This document shows positions 18,357 to 28,950 of a stretch of DNA of 64,000 nt, piece by piece. The DNA comes from an uncultured Clostridium sp. GTDB lineage: Bacteria > Bacillota > Clostridia > TANB77 > CAG-508. Made by a program: the position numbers and the translations under genes. The notes beneath the pieces were generated by a model. The model saw only the letters and a program-made list of their open reading frames with translations. It did not search any database and was not told where the DNA came from. Numbering within the stretch: the first letter of the stretch is position 1; each line of letters opens with the position of its first letter. The DNA lies in contig CABPCL010000003.1 in assembly GCA_902406115.1 (NCBI GenBank), positions 48,782-112,781 of the forward strand. The letters run 5' to 3'.

Positions 18357-21300
18357 TTATTTTTTTAGTACTTTTCTAATGATAAATGCAATTCCACCGA
18401 TAAGGATAATTCCTATTACTGTTCCTAAGATATAGTAGATATGTGTATTACCAAATGGTGGTAATACCATTACTTCTTCTGATGAAGAAGCATCAACTTC
18501 TGCAACAGCTTCTGTTGGTTTTTGGTTTCCTACTATTGAGTAAGCCATTCTTCTTCCTGCAGTGTTGCTTGTTTCAACGATTTCTGCAATATTAATGTAT
18601 TTTAGGTTATCACTTGTATTCTCTGGTGTAATAGTTTGTGTTAATACAAGTGTTTTTTCAGCTGTAGAATCTCCTGGTTCTAATGTATCACTAAATGTTG
18701 TTGTTAAAATAGTATTATATTGTGGTTTATCATCTTTAAGAATTACACCAGCTACATCTGCATTAACAAGTTTATTGTTTATTACATCGTTTACTGTCAT
18801 AACTTGCCAATCATTTGTATTGCTATTGCTATTAAATTGTAAATTATTTGATACATAATCTATTATTCTGTTAGGTGTTGTTGTTACAGTATTTCCATGG
18901 TTCTTACCTGTATAATAGAATTCTTTGCCTTCATAATCTACTTCTCCAACATTTTTTACTTTAATTTTGTAAGTAATTTGTATTGTAGCTCCATGCATTA
19001 TTTCTTCATCCATTGATAATTGTACTAAGCCTTTTGCATTTGATCCTATAGTTGGTCTATATTTTTTATCATATATTCCATTTTTCTTATTACTATCAAT
19101 GTTATATGCTGTATTTGATTTCCAAGCAACATTGTCTGCTGATTGATTTACATCAAATAATATACTTCCATCTGCAAGTGTTACTTTAATGTTTGATACA
19201 GTTTTATTTAACTCTAATTGTGCTTTTGGTCTCTCAACTAGTCCTAAGTTTACACCTTTGATAGCATAACCTGGTGCTGGATTTTCTGTAGTAACTTGTC
19301 TGTTATATTCTATTTCAGCTACTATTGTTTTTGTATCAGCAATCATTTTGCTTCCTTCACCTTTTGCAAGTTTCTCTGCCATTTCATTTTTTACATTAGC
19401 TGCACTACTTGCATTTAGTGTTGTTCTTACATCCCACAAATCTGCTGCTCTTGATAAGTTCTCGTCACTAACATCTAAGTTATATTTATCACTGTCGCCA
19501 TAATCTTGGTATATTGTAGTTTTATAGTCTTGTCCATTATATTTTACTGTACCATCTCCGTATGTGAATCTTACAATGTAATCTCCTGCAACTACATTGC
19601 TAAATGTATATTTATTTCCATCTACAGATAATTTAGCATCTTTTACTAGTTCAAATTGTTTTTCGCTCTTTGCTCTATATAATTCTACCTTTATTCCTTC
19701 CTTAGCTATATCAATTTTTGTATCTTTATTATTGTATACTCCGTCTCCTATTACGCTGTCGTCTACTTTATTGTTTCTTGCATCTTCCCATACAGTACCT
19801 GTTATTGTTCTGTCACCTTCAACTTTAGCATTTAATCCTGGTGCTTTATCTTCATCATCTTCTTTTGGTCCATTTGATTTGTTTAAGTTATTTGGTATTG
19901 AATCTCTATCTACTCTTCCTGCTATAGTTGTGTTATTTTTTACCTCATATTCGTTTTCTCCATTATAGCATGGTAATACTGTTCCTTTTTTATAGTATGA
20001 TTTAAATGCTGCTATCTCTGCTGTGTTTGTTTTAGTTCCTGTTATTACTTTTCCGCTTTCATCTTTTTTAACTTTAAATGTTAAATATAAATATTTTGCT
20101 TCACCACTTTGAAGTTTTCCACTAAATGCAATGTCTAAAGTATTGTTTGTATTGCTATTTATATTAACTGTACTTTCATATTGACCCTTTGATATTGCTT
20201 TTGAATTCTGTAGGCTATTAACTATTCTTCCTCTTACATCAGTCAAATCATTTGTTGAATAGTTCTTACTACTTATCCATGAAAGTTCTGGTACATACGT
20301 ATATGTTGAATCATAATAATCTTTTATTTTAGTTGCTTCTCCTAACATACTCATTGATTGATTCTTTACTGCGACCTTGTATGTCACATATAATTCTAAT
20401 GTTTTACCATTTCCATTTACTCCTGTAAAGTTGTAATCTGGTTCTGCAATGGCTCTTTGATAATCTCCTTCTACAACTGTTATTGTCCAATTGCTTAAAG
20501 CTTTCTCTTTTTCAGTCTCAGATAAACTTTCGAAGTTTGAAATACTATCTTGTATGTTCTTTTTGTTATATCCATATGTTTGAGTTTTTCCATTAACCGT
20601 TACAGTTGCTGCATATACGTCTTTTTCAAGTTTCATATCAAATTCTATTCTCTTTGTTATACCAAAGTTAATATTACTTATTACTTTGTTTTCTTCTGAT
20701 TTTTTCTCTTTGTTATATATGTCTGTCTGTGCAGTTATCTTAAACCTGTCGATGTTTGTGGTATATTTTGATATATCTTCTAGTTTATATCCTTCATCAC
20801 CATCTATCTCTTCAAGTCCTTTATTTAAACTGTCTCTAGCTGCTTGTGGTTCGTAAGCTTGTGAACTTCCTGTATTTTTATTATTTGCTCTATATAATGT
20901 GTTTTCATATTCTTGTCCATTATATGTAAAAGTAATATAGTAGGCTTTATCTACATCTAATTTTGCAAATTCATAATAACCATTATTATCTGTATTTGTT
21001 GTTTGAGTACTGTTATTAGATTTATTGTGTAAAGTAACCGGAATACCAGATATTCCTTTTTCATTACTGTCTTTTAATCCATTAGCTAGAGTTTCTTTTC
21101 CTCCTCTTACATCTTCCCAAACAGTTCCGCTTAATTTTAATGTTGGTTTTAATTTTAATAATTCAAAGTCATCATCATCTTCTTGACTTGTGCTTCCATA
21201 ATTACTTCTATTTACATTTTTAGGTGTTGAATCTCTATCTGCACCATCATCATCTGTTATCTCAGCTATATTCTTTAGGTTTTGAGCTTTTGTTGCTGTG

Positions 21301-23411
21301 ACTTCACACTCAATTTGAACATCTCTATATGCTAACGTTGTTCCATTAAATGCTGCAATTTCTTTATCTTTTAAATATTCTGACACCATTGTTTTTCCAT
21401 CTTTTGATGGATTTGTCCAACCATATGTTGTATTTATTTTGCTATTTTCTGCAAGTTTTAATCCCTCTGGTAAGTAATCTGTAATTTGTGTTGCTTTTCC
21501 GTTAACATTACCTTCATTATATACTCTAATTGTATAAACTACTTTATCTCCTGTAGTTACTTCTAATGCATTCTTTGGATGTGATTTAACTGCTGTTGTT
21601 TTTGTACTGTTCTTTAATGCTGCAATTTCAGATGCTGCAATAGAAGGTACTCTAGTTACAGTTGGTGCTTTTCCATTAATTGATGTAATGAATTTTCTTA
21701 ATGCTAAGTCATATGATGGTTCATTTTTCATTTTAAGAGTTATAGTAGTTTTGTCTTTGCTTATAGTTGATGTCATTGGAGGTGTAACTACATTGTTTGT
21801 TTTAGCATTTGGATCTGCATTTTTATATGCAGTTATCGATATTGCTTTTACCATGTATTGTTTTACTCCGTTTGTGTTTGTTCCAAGTTCTTTTTCAACT
21901 CTTACTTTTATTCCTCCAGTAAATCTTTCATATCCAGATGGAGCTGCAATTTCTGTTATCCAATAATATTCTGTGTTTGCATTAGATACATTTACACTAG
22001 TTAAGTTATATACACCATTTGTGTTGTTAAATATATTTGTTGAGATTGTTTCCCACTTATTATTTCTATATTTGTATAAGTTGAATCTTGCACCTGATAA
22101 TGCTACATCTGTATTTGAAGAACTTACTTTCTTTATATCTAAATCATATTTTCCTTCTTCTATAATGTCTCCACCATTTATAGTTTCAGTTAATTTTTGT
22201 AATTCTCGGTTTGAATTTATGATATACACTGGTTGTGCATTTTCTTTTGAACCAGTATATGTTCCAACATAGTGTTTCATATTATATTCTGCAGTCATGT
22301 ATTCAAATTCAACTCTAATTTTAAAATTCGTTACCCAATTATTATCTTTTGATGTTTTACCTTTATTTGGATCATTAAACTTAATACTAAAGTTTTCTCC
22401 TGATTTTGGATACATAATTTCAGAGTTTCTATCTATCTTTTCTCCTGAAGCAGAAAAATATTTTGCTGTTTTCTGACTATTTGCTTGTGTATATGTTGAT
22501 ATTTTATTTTCACCAACTTTTGTTCCATTTTTATTGTAATATTCAACATATATACCACTAATACCTGAAAAATTAATTGTATTATTACCAACAGTTTTTG
22601 TGTAACCTGTATGTGTTACATTTAATTGACTTACTGTATATACACCATTAGATTTAGTTACAGTTGGTTCTGTAGTATTAAGTTTAAGTGTCTGACTTCC
22701 ATTATTAGCATATGCATTATACATACGTGCTTCAGTTACAAGTTTTTTTACTTCTTGTACAACTTTTCCATTTGCTTCGCCATTTACCATATCTACATCT
22801 TGAAAGTGTCCTGTTGAAGCATTCCAATTCAATTCTGTTCTATTATTTTTTATTACAGTTGCCCATGTTCCCCAACCTTGGCCTCTTATAAGCCAATATG
22901 CTTGTTGTTTTGTATACCAATCAATCAAGCTTGAAGGAAATTTATTAAACTGTGCAAATTTTTTTTCATCACTTAAGCTATTAAATCCATTTGTATATGA
23001 GCTGTAACTACCTGTAGCATCATTTACTGAAAATATGTAAGCTGCTTGTTTCTTCTGATTCTCAGTTATATTCTCCCAGCTATTTCCACTGCTTTTTTTG
23101 TATGTTATGCTCTTAGTTAATTTAGTTATAGGATAACTTCCACCTCTATACCAGTCTGCTGTTTGTGTTAAAAAACTTGTTGATCTATTATCACAATATA
23201 TGTGATAATCTCCTTTATATGGTACAAAGAAACGATTTAATTCTGATACTGTAAACTCATCTGGAAAATTGCTATTATCTGCTAATCGTTCTACTGGACT
23301 GGCAAAAATGTTACTAATTAGTTCTTCATTTTTAGTTAGATTATATATGCCAAATATAGTTAACGCTGATATTAATATTGCTAAACTTATCTTTATAAAT
23401 TTACTCTTCAT
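18357..23411 (-). CDS. Large surface adhesin A (1684 aa) with SpaA/Cna-B isopeptide-type domains, DUF11, two SdrD-B-like domains and a C-terminal membrane anchor
   Basis: A signal peptide and a GGAGG RBS are present. Cna-B/SpaA-like segments occur (LSGARFNLYKY...WITEIAAPSGYERF). A DUF11 motif is present (TGDKVVYTIRVYNEGNVNGKATQITDYLPEGLKL). SdrD-B-like segments occur (GTVWEDVRGGK...GIPVTLHN...YYEFAKL). The C-terminus reads VLPPFGNTHIYYILGTVIGIILIGGIAFIIRKVLKK. Confidence 0.8.
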   Translation of the reverse strand: MKSKFIKISLAILISALTIFGIYNLTKNEELISNIFASPVERLADNSNFPDEFTVSELNRFFVPYKGDYHIYCDNRSTSFLTQTADWYRGGSYPITKLTKSITYKKSSGNSWENITENQKKQAAYIFSVNDATGSYSSYTNGFNSLSDEKKFAQFNKFPSSLIDWYTKQQAYWLIRGQGWGTWATVIKNNRTELNWNASTGHFQDVDMVNGEANGKVVQEVKKLVTEARMYNAYANNGSQTLKLNTTEPTVTKSNGVYTVSQLNVTHTGYTKTVGNNTINFSGISGIYVEYYNKNGTKVGENKISTYTQANSQKTAKYFSASGEKIDRNSEIMYPKSGENFSIKFNDPNKGKTSKDNNWVTNFKIRVEFEYMTAEYNMKHYVGTYTGSKENAQPVYIINSNRELQKLTETINGGDIIEEGKYDLDIKKVSSSNTDVALSGARFNLYKYRNNKWETISTNIFNNTNGVYNLTSVNVSNANTEYYWITEIAAPSGYERFTGGIKVRVEKELGTNTNGVKQYMVKAISITAYKNADPNAKTNNVVTPPMTSTISKDKTTITLKMKNEPSYDLALRKFITSINGKAPTVTRVPSIAASEIAALKNSTKTTAVKSHPKNALEVTTGDKVVYTIRVYNEGNVNGKATQITDYLPEGLKLAENSKINTTYGWTNPSKDGKTMVSEYLKDKEIAAFNGTTLAYRDVQIECEVTATKAQNLKNIAEITDDDGADRDSTPKNVNRSNYGSTSQEDDDDFELLKLKPTLKLSGTVWEDVRGGKETLANGLKDSNEKGISGIPVTLHNKSNNSTQTTNTDNNGYYEFAKLDVDKAYYITFTYNGQEYENTLYRANNKNTGSSQAYEPQAARDSLNKGLEEIDGDEGYKLEDISKYTTNIDRFKITAQTDIYNKEKKSEENKVISNINFGITKRIEFDMKLEKDVYAATVTVNGKTQTYGYNKKNIQDSISNFESLSETEKEKALSNWTITVVEGDYQRAIAEPDYNFTGVNGNGKTLELYVTYKVAVKNQSMSMLGEATKIKDYYDSTYTYVPELSWISSKNYSTNDLTDVRGRIVNSLQNSKAISKGQYESTVNINSNTNNTLDIAFSGKLQSGEAKYLYLTFKVKKDESGKVITGTKTNTAEIAAFKSYYKKGTVLPCYNGENEYEVKNNTTIAGRVDRDSIPNNLNKSNGPKEDDEDKAPGLNAKVEGDRTITGTVWEDARNNKVDDSVIGDGVYNNKDTKIDIAKEGIKVELYRAKSEKQFELVKDAKLSVDGNKYTFSNVVAGDYIVRFTYGDGTVKYNGQDYKTTIYQDYGDSDKYNLDVSDENLSRAADLWDVRTTLNASSAANVKNEMAEKLAKGEGSKMIADTKTIVAEIEYNRQVTTENPAPGYAIKGVNLGLVERPKAQLELNKTVSNIKVTLADGSILFDVNQSADNVAWKSNTAYNIDSNKKNGIYDKKYRPTIGSNAKGLVQLSMDEEIMHGATIQITYKIKVKNVGEVDYEGKEFYYTGKNHGNTVTTTPNRIIDYVSNNLQFNSNSNTNDWQVMTVNDVINNKLVNADVAGVILKDDKPQYNTILTTTFSDTLEPGDSTAEKTLVLTQTITPENTSDNLKYINIAEIVETSNTAGRRMAYSIVGNQKPTEAVAEVDASSSEEVMVLPPFGNTHIYYILGTVIGIILIGGIAFIIRKVLKK

Positions 23412-23427
23412 TTTCTTCCTCCTTTCC

Positions 23428-26400
23428 TTATCTATTTTTACGTTTTTTCTTTAAGACTCTTGTTTTAATTTCATATACTCCAAATCCTAAAATTACCATT
23501 ACTCCAAATGCTATTGCAGTATATGTTATTATTTTACCTGTTACTATTGATATTGCTATATCTGCTTTTGACATATCATCTTCGTTTTCTTCTTTGTTTC
23601 CTGGTGTTGAATCTATGTCTTTTAATCCTTGTTCATTATATGCTTCATATATTTCAGCATTATTACTTAATACTCCTAAGCTGTCCTCTGTTATCTTCTT
23701 TGTTAACACTAATGTTAACTCTTTTGTTTCTCCTAGGTTGATTATCTCATTTGCTAGACTTGCATTATATACATTTCCGTTATCTGATAAGTACCAGTCT
23801 TTATTTAACTCTGTACTAAATCCTACTCCTGTTGGTAAGTAATCTACTACTTTCTTTGCATATCCTGCTACTTCTCCTTCATTTTTTATTACTATCTTGT
23901 ATTCTATTACCATACTGCTCTTTCCTACATTGCTTCCTAATACTTCTACTTTTGCTGTCTTTGAGTTATTATGCTCATCTGTTCTTGTTCCTATTGTTGG
24001 TGTTGTTAATGCTATTCTACTTACATATTTCTCTAGGCTTAAATCAAATTTCTCTGATGTATATACTCCTATGTCTATATCTCTTACATTCTCGTTTGTT
24101 ATATTTATTACGTCTGTTATTCCTGCTATTGTTCTATTTCCATCTACTGTTATATTAATGCTTATCGCATCTGAGTTTGAATATTCATCTACTCCCTTTG
24201 CTCTATATGTTGTTAATGTATATTTTGTTGCATCATATAGGAATACTACTATGTATTCCCCTTGTGGTAAGTTTGTAAACTCATATTTTCCATCGCTTCC
24301 TGTTGTTACTCTCTTCTCCTCTTTGCTCTCTGCATCTTTTACTATTGTATTGTCTGCTTTATTTAATAATATTACTGTTACGTTTGGTAATATTTCTTCG
24401 CTTGAATCCCTCTTTCCATCTTTATTGCTATCTATCCATGCTGTTCCTGTTATTTTATATCTATTGCTCTTTGGTTCATCTGGTGTTGGATTATCTGGAT
24501 TATCTGGATTTGGATTATCTGGATCTGGATTATCTGGATCTGGGTTGTCTGGATTTGGCTCGTCTGGAGTATCTGGATCTACTGGTGTCTCATGTGCATT
24601 TGAATCATATTCTATTGTATTTGTTACTATATTTGTTTTTGTTTCATCAAATCCTTGTGCTGATACTGTAGCAAAGTTTTGTATTTCTTTATCATTTTTA
24701 TCTGACAATAATTTTGCTTTTGTTGTGACTGTTATATCAATAGATTCACCACTTTCTAATTCGTTTACTAATACTTTAATGTTATTATCTCCATTATTTT
24801 TAATTGAGTTAACTATTGATCCTTTAATATATGTAATCTCTTCAAATTGTAATTCTTCTGGTAATTGATCTGTTATTACTATATCATTTGCAGTTACATT
24901 TCCAGTATTTTTTATTGTAAATTTATATGTAATAGTATTTAATTCTTTTACATACTTTGGTGTAGAAGTTAATTCAGATATTGCTAATTTTACTGTTTCT
25001 GTACCATATTCAATTGCATTAGAATATTGTTTTTCTACTCCATTTCCCTCTGCTGTAGCTATTACTTTTATTTTCCCTACATAGTCTTGTATTTCTAATT
25101 TGAAAATGACAACTTTTTCTTCACTTAATGTTCCTAAATTTATTGTAGCAATATTACTCGTTTTGTCATAATTTAATCCATCTGTTACTTCTTGGCTATT
25201 TAATATATCATCTCCAGCAGAAACAGCTTTTAATTCAACTCCTTGTGGTAATGGTATATTTACAACTGTATTATCTATATTTGCATTTTCTGATATGTTT
25301 TTTAAATAAAGTATATACCTAACTGTATCTTGTTTCTTTAATATAACTGAATCTTCTTTATCTCCAACTAATTTTAATTCAATACTTCCTTTTTGAATTT
25401 CAAACTTATATTCATTAGATGATATATCACCTGATATTTCATCTGATGTGATGCTTGCCTTATTAATAACTTCTTGTGGTAATGTTTCTGATATATTTTT
25501 ATTTATTTGAATATAGTATGAACATTCATATTTTTCCTTTGCATTAATTTTATCTATGCTAATTTCTTTAGATGTTATATTTTCTTCTATAAAAGTAGAA
25601 TCTGTATAATATCTTACAAACTTCGCATATTTAGCTAATGGTACATTTACCTTTACATTGTTTGCTGCTGTTGAACCTGTATTTTTTACAGTTATATTCA
25701 TCTTAACTATTTGTCCTTCTCTTACAACATCTGCTGTAGAAGAAAGCTCTGCTGTAAGCACTGGTCCTTGTCCTGTTGTTAACCCTATTGTTGCTGATGT
25801 TTTTGTTTCAGCAATAGTTCCTATACTTGATACGTTGTTATAGTAAACTTTATACATTTCATATGCACTATTGTTGTAATTTAATTTTTCAGGAATTATT
25901 ACATCATATGAAAATTCTATTTTACTTCCTTTTACCATATCATATCCATTTGTTACAATTAAATATGATTTTGATTGATTTGTTGCTTGTGTTGTCCATC
26001 CGTTGTTTGCATCTGAAACATCTTTTGTTGCATTTGCTTTATTTGAGTAATACACTGTATATTTCGATTTGTCAATTCCTGATAATGCAACTTCTGTTTC
26101 TAATGTTGTGCTAAATGTTGAGCCTAAAGCTTCGTCTGAATCTATTTTTGTATTATCTTTTGCAGGAATTCTTCCTAAAATAACTACATTATTAAGTGTG
26201 TTTTCATAGTTGTTTATTACTACACCATTTACTGTTGCAGTTCTTTTTGCTGCATTTACTGTAAGTGCTCCTGTAACAGCTGTTTCTGATATTGTAAATA
26301 TGTCATTTTTTCCACTTGCATAGTTTGAAATTCCATTTGCAGCAACTAATCCTGTAGGAGCTACAAAGTTTAATGCAGCTGTTGCTGTTCCAGTTTTGTT

Positions 26401-28470
26401 TGATGATGCTGTGTTTTCATTTGTAAAGCTCATTGTTATTTTGCTTGAGCTACTTGGTGTTAAAGTATTAACTGTTAAATCTGTGCTAAGAACTATAATT
26501 GTTCCTTTATATTCTGCATTAATTGTGTATTGTGTTTGTGTTCCTTCTAGCACAACATTAATTACTTGTGATCCATTTTCTGTTGCAACTGTTGCACTCT
26601 TGATTTTTAAACCATTATCCATTACAATATCGTAATTTTTTAAATCTACTTTGCTTACGTATGATGGTAATTTAATTTTTAATGTAGGATTTTTGTATAA
26701 AGCATTGTTTATACTTGATGTATCTAAAGTTGCTCTTATTTCTACATTTTCATTTTTTACTACAGTTGTTAAATCTGTTTTGCTTATTGCAATTTCTGCT
26801 ACAGTTTTTGGTTCATTTAATAGCATTTCTGTTGAAGCATTAACTGTTGAAGTTCCAGCCTCTCCTTTTAATGCCATTTTTATTTTCTTAAATGTTTTTA
26901 TCTCGTTTATTGTGTAATCTATATCTACTCCAATTGCTTTTTCAACTTCAATTTCTAGTTGACCTTCTGTAATTGGTTTACTTGAAACTATAGTTAATCC
27001 ATTGTTATTTAATGAGCTTATGTCTAAAGCATAGTTTCCATTTTTATCTACAGCTGTTTCTTTATTAATTGTTTTACCTATTTTTGTTCCATTCTCATCA
27101 TATAATTCTATGGTTCCATCTTCGCCAAGTATTTTATTAAATACTTTTTGGCTTACTAATACTTTTTTGTTGTATGTACTATTTTTTCCTGAAGTTGTAG
27201 TTAAGTATTCAGTGTTATCTGATGTTAGGAAGTTATCAACTGATTGTGTAAATTTTATAGAATTTACTATCTCTGCATCGTTTATAGTTGCAACATAATG
27301 TAATGAATATGCTGTTTCACTTTTCTTTGTTGAATCAAAATTTGCATATGTTTGTCCTTTTCCAACTGATGTTTTATTTGCAATTACATCAAAGTCTGTA
27401 ATTGTTTTTAATCTTTCTGTTACACTGATTGGTACATTTATTTCATCTGATTGTACTGTTGTAGCATCATTGTTGTATACACTTATACTTGCAGACACTT
27501 TTGCATTAGCATTAACCCCATTTGTTTTTGCTTCGTTATATATTTCCTCGCCTTCAAATATGAAGTTTACTAAATATTCATCCTCTACATTTTTAACCCA
27601 TGAGATATTGTCTGTAGCATTTGAAGTTGTAATATCTACAGTACCATTTTCAGCATTGTAGCTATAGTTTTGTACGGTGAAGTTTAATCCACTCTCTTCT
27701 CCATTAGTTGCTTTTGTTGTATTTGCAATTACATTAACAGATGTTGGATTTACTCCATTAACTTGAGGTGCTTGTACCTTTATTTGTGTTGTTTTAACTG
27801 GTAATTTGCTATCTTTGATACTTGTATTTACTTTTACTTGTAGTAATACTCCATATTTACCACTTGTAGCAAATGGAACAAATCTAGTTAATTCACTTTT
27901 TACAACTGCTTCTGCAGTTCCATTCCAAGAAAGTTTATTTACAATCTCTTTTGAAATATCTTTCTCATTTCCATTTCCATCTACATACTTACCTGTAAAT
28001 CTTACTGTATTTTCTCTTGAAAAATTATCTGCTTTTACTGTTTCGCTGTTTAAAACAGATATTGGTATTTCTAGAGTTACATCTGATCCATTATTTATTT
28101 GTTTTAGTGTGATCGTATTAGTATCTTTGTTAATACTTTGAACATAATCACTCTTTACTTCGCCATTTATCTTAAAGTTAACGTCGCTAAAACTGATCTT
28201 TCCGTTCTTCAAGTACCCTACATTTTTCACTTTAATATTCATATACAATTTTGTAGTTGTACTATCTATATTTTCAGTTTTAACATGCTCTCCTCCCTCA
28301 AAATATGAATTAAACTCTACATTTGAGTTTTGTGTTGTTGTGGTTTGGTTTGCTAATTGAGTATCTGTTAATGCATATGATATGCTATACATTCCTAGCA
28401 TTGACAAATTAGCTCCTGCTAGTACTATTACTAACATTACTGCAATTAGTTTTTTTAATAATTTATACAT
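23428..28470 (-). CDS. Large surface protein B (1680 aa) with multiple DUF11/beta-sandwich domains, a PDN-repeat proline-rich linker, an SdrD-B-like domain and a C-terminal membrane anchor
   Basis: Signal peptide MYKLLKKLIAVMLVIVLAG and a GGAGG RBS are present. A DUF11 motif occurs (GQGPVLTAELSST...VKVNVPLAKYAKFV). The (PDNPD)n linker is followed by TGTAWIDSNKDGKRD...YEFTNLPQGEYIVVF. The C-terminal TM reads TAIAFGVMVILGFGVY + KTRVLKKKRKNR. The stop lies 16 nt before gene A. Confidence 0.8.
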   Translation of the reverse strand: MYKLLKKLIAVMLVIVLAGANLSMLGMYSISYALTDTQLANQTTTTQNSNVEFNSYFEGGEHVKTENIDSTTTKLYMNIKVKNVGYLKNGKISFSDVNFKINGEVKSDYVQSINKDTNTITLKQINNGSDVTLEIPISVLNSETVKADNFSRENTVRFTGKYVDGNGNEKDISKEIVNKLSWNGTAEAVVKSELTRFVPFATSGKYGVLLQVKVNTSIKDSKLPVKTTQIKVQAPQVNGVNPTSVNVIANTTKATNGEESGLNFTVQNYSYNAENGTVDITTSNATDNISWVKNVEDEYLVNFIFEGEEIYNEAKTNGVNANAKVSASISVYNNDATTVQSDEINVPISVTERLKTITDFDVIANKTSVGKGQTYANFDSTKKSETAYSLHYVATINDAEIVNSIKFTQSVDNFLTSDNTEYLTTTSGKNSTYNKKVLVSQKVFNKILGEDGTIELYDENGTKIGKTINKETAVDKNGNYALDISSLNNNGLTIVSSKPITEGQLEIEVEKAIGVDIDYTINEIKTFKKIKMALKGEAGTSTVNASTEMLLNEPKTVAEIAISKTDLTTVVKNENVEIRATLDTSSINNALYKNPTLKIKLPSYVSKVDLKNYDIVMDNGLKIKSATVATENGSQVINVVLEGTQTQYTINAEYKGTIIVLSTDLTVNTLTPSSSSKITMSFTNENTASSNKTGTATAALNFVAPTGLVAANGISNYASGKNDIFTISETAVTGALTVNAAKRTATVNGVVINNYENTLNNVVILGRIPAKDNTKIDSDEALGSTFSTTLETEVALSGIDKSKYTVYYSNKANATKDVSDANNGWTTQATNQSKSYLIVTNGYDMVKGSKIEFSYDVIIPEKLNYNNSAYEMYKVYYNNVSSIGTIAETKTSATIGLTTGQGPVLTAELSSTADVVREGQIVKMNITVKNTGSTAANNVKVNVPLAKYAKFVRYYTDSTFIEENITSKEISIDKINAKEKYECSYYIQINKNISETLPQEVINKASITSDEISGDISSNEYKFEIQKGSIELKLVGDKEDSVILKKQDTVRYILYLKNISENANIDNTVVNIPLPQGVELKAVSAGDDILNSQEVTDGLNYDKTSNIATINLGTLSEEKVVIFKLEIQDYVGKIKVIATAEGNGVEKQYSNAIEYGTETVKLAISELTSTPKYVKELNTITYKFTIKNTGNVTANDIVITDQLPEELQFEEITYIKGSIVNSIKNNGDNNIKVLVNELESGESIDITVTTKAKLLSDKNDKEIQNFATVSAQGFDETKTNIVTNTIEYDSNAHETPVDPDTPDEPNPDNPDPDNPDPDNPNPDNPDNPTPDEPKSNRYKITGTAWIDSNKDGKRDSSEEILPNVTVILLNKADNTIVKDAESKEEKRVTTGSDGKYEFTNLPQGEYIVVFLYDATKYTLTTYRAKGVDEYSNSDAISINITVDGNRTIAGITDVINITNENVRDIDIGVYTSEKFDLSLEKYVSRIALTTPTIGTRTDEHNNSKTAKVEVLGSNVGKSSMVIEYKIVIKNEGEVAGYAKKVVDYLPTGVGFSTELNKDWYLSDNGNVYNASLANEIINLGETKELTLVLTKKITEDSLGVLSNNAEIYEAYNEQGLKDIDSTPGNKEENEDDMSKADIAISIVTGKIITYTAIAFGVMVILGFGVYEIKTRVLKKKRKNR
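24484..24585. repeat. Tandem 9/18-nt repeats (GGATCTGGATTATCT-type) encoding the (PDNPD)n linker in B
   Basis: The period is visible directly in the sequence; there are ~5-6 units. Confidence 0.8.
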
Positions 28471-28676
28471 AGTAACCTCCTAAAAATTATTATCTCAACC
28501 TATATTATACGACATTTTCGTTCACATTTCAATACTTTTGCGGTTTTTTATAAACTTTTTATGTAGAATAACATGTTATATAATATTTAAATATATATTT
28601 ATATATAATTTTAGCATTTTTTAGCCATTTTTCAACACTTTCCGTCATTATATGCACAGTAAAAACAACAAGAGTT

Positions 28677-28764
28677 CTTACGGAATCTTGTTGTTTGAAT
28701 AAAATATTAAGTTTTCATTACAATTTTTTTACAATTTTACAAGAGTAAGCATTTACAATTTTTG
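28677..28764. promoter_or_regulatory. Conserved upstream element in the B-A operon leader (CTTACGGAA in a hairpin loop, ATTACAATTTTTTTACAATTTTACAAG, third TTACAAT)
   Basis: TTACAAT-N4-TTACAAT lies at 28718..28735 and a further TTACAAT at 28753..28759. An inverted repeat CAACAAGA..TTACGGAA..TCTTGTTG lies at 28666..28693. The element is ~250 nt upstream of the B start codon. Confidence 0.45.
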
Positions 28765-28848
28765 TCTTATTCTTCCAGCTCAAAGTGTATATTTTTCAGC
28801 ATTTATTATTCATTTGTGTTAATTTTATTTGTGCTTTTTTAATTTTTA

Positions 28849-28900
28849 AAAGTAAAAAAGATTTGAGTTCCTATAAAATATATAGGGACTCAAATCTTCT
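28849..28900 (-). terminator. Rho-independent terminator downstream of adhesin gene A'
   Basis: A 12-bp stem (GATTTGAGTCCC ... GGAACTCAAATC) is followed by TTTTTTAC on the minus strand. Confidence 0.7.
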
Positions 28901-28950
28901 AGGCATTTTGGTTTATTTACTAAATCAAAACAACTTAATTTATTTAGTTG

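Noticed and set aside
23897-24868. Long plus-strand ORFs (23897..24868, 35325..36194, 24303..24671, 35731..36120, 35878..36123) overlapping the PDN repeat regions and encoding GLSGSG/LDYLD/QIQT repeats
   Set aside because: These lie antisense to the well-supported minus-strand adhesin genes. Their length is an artefact of the low-complexity tandem repeat, which stays open in several frames. No RBS is present.
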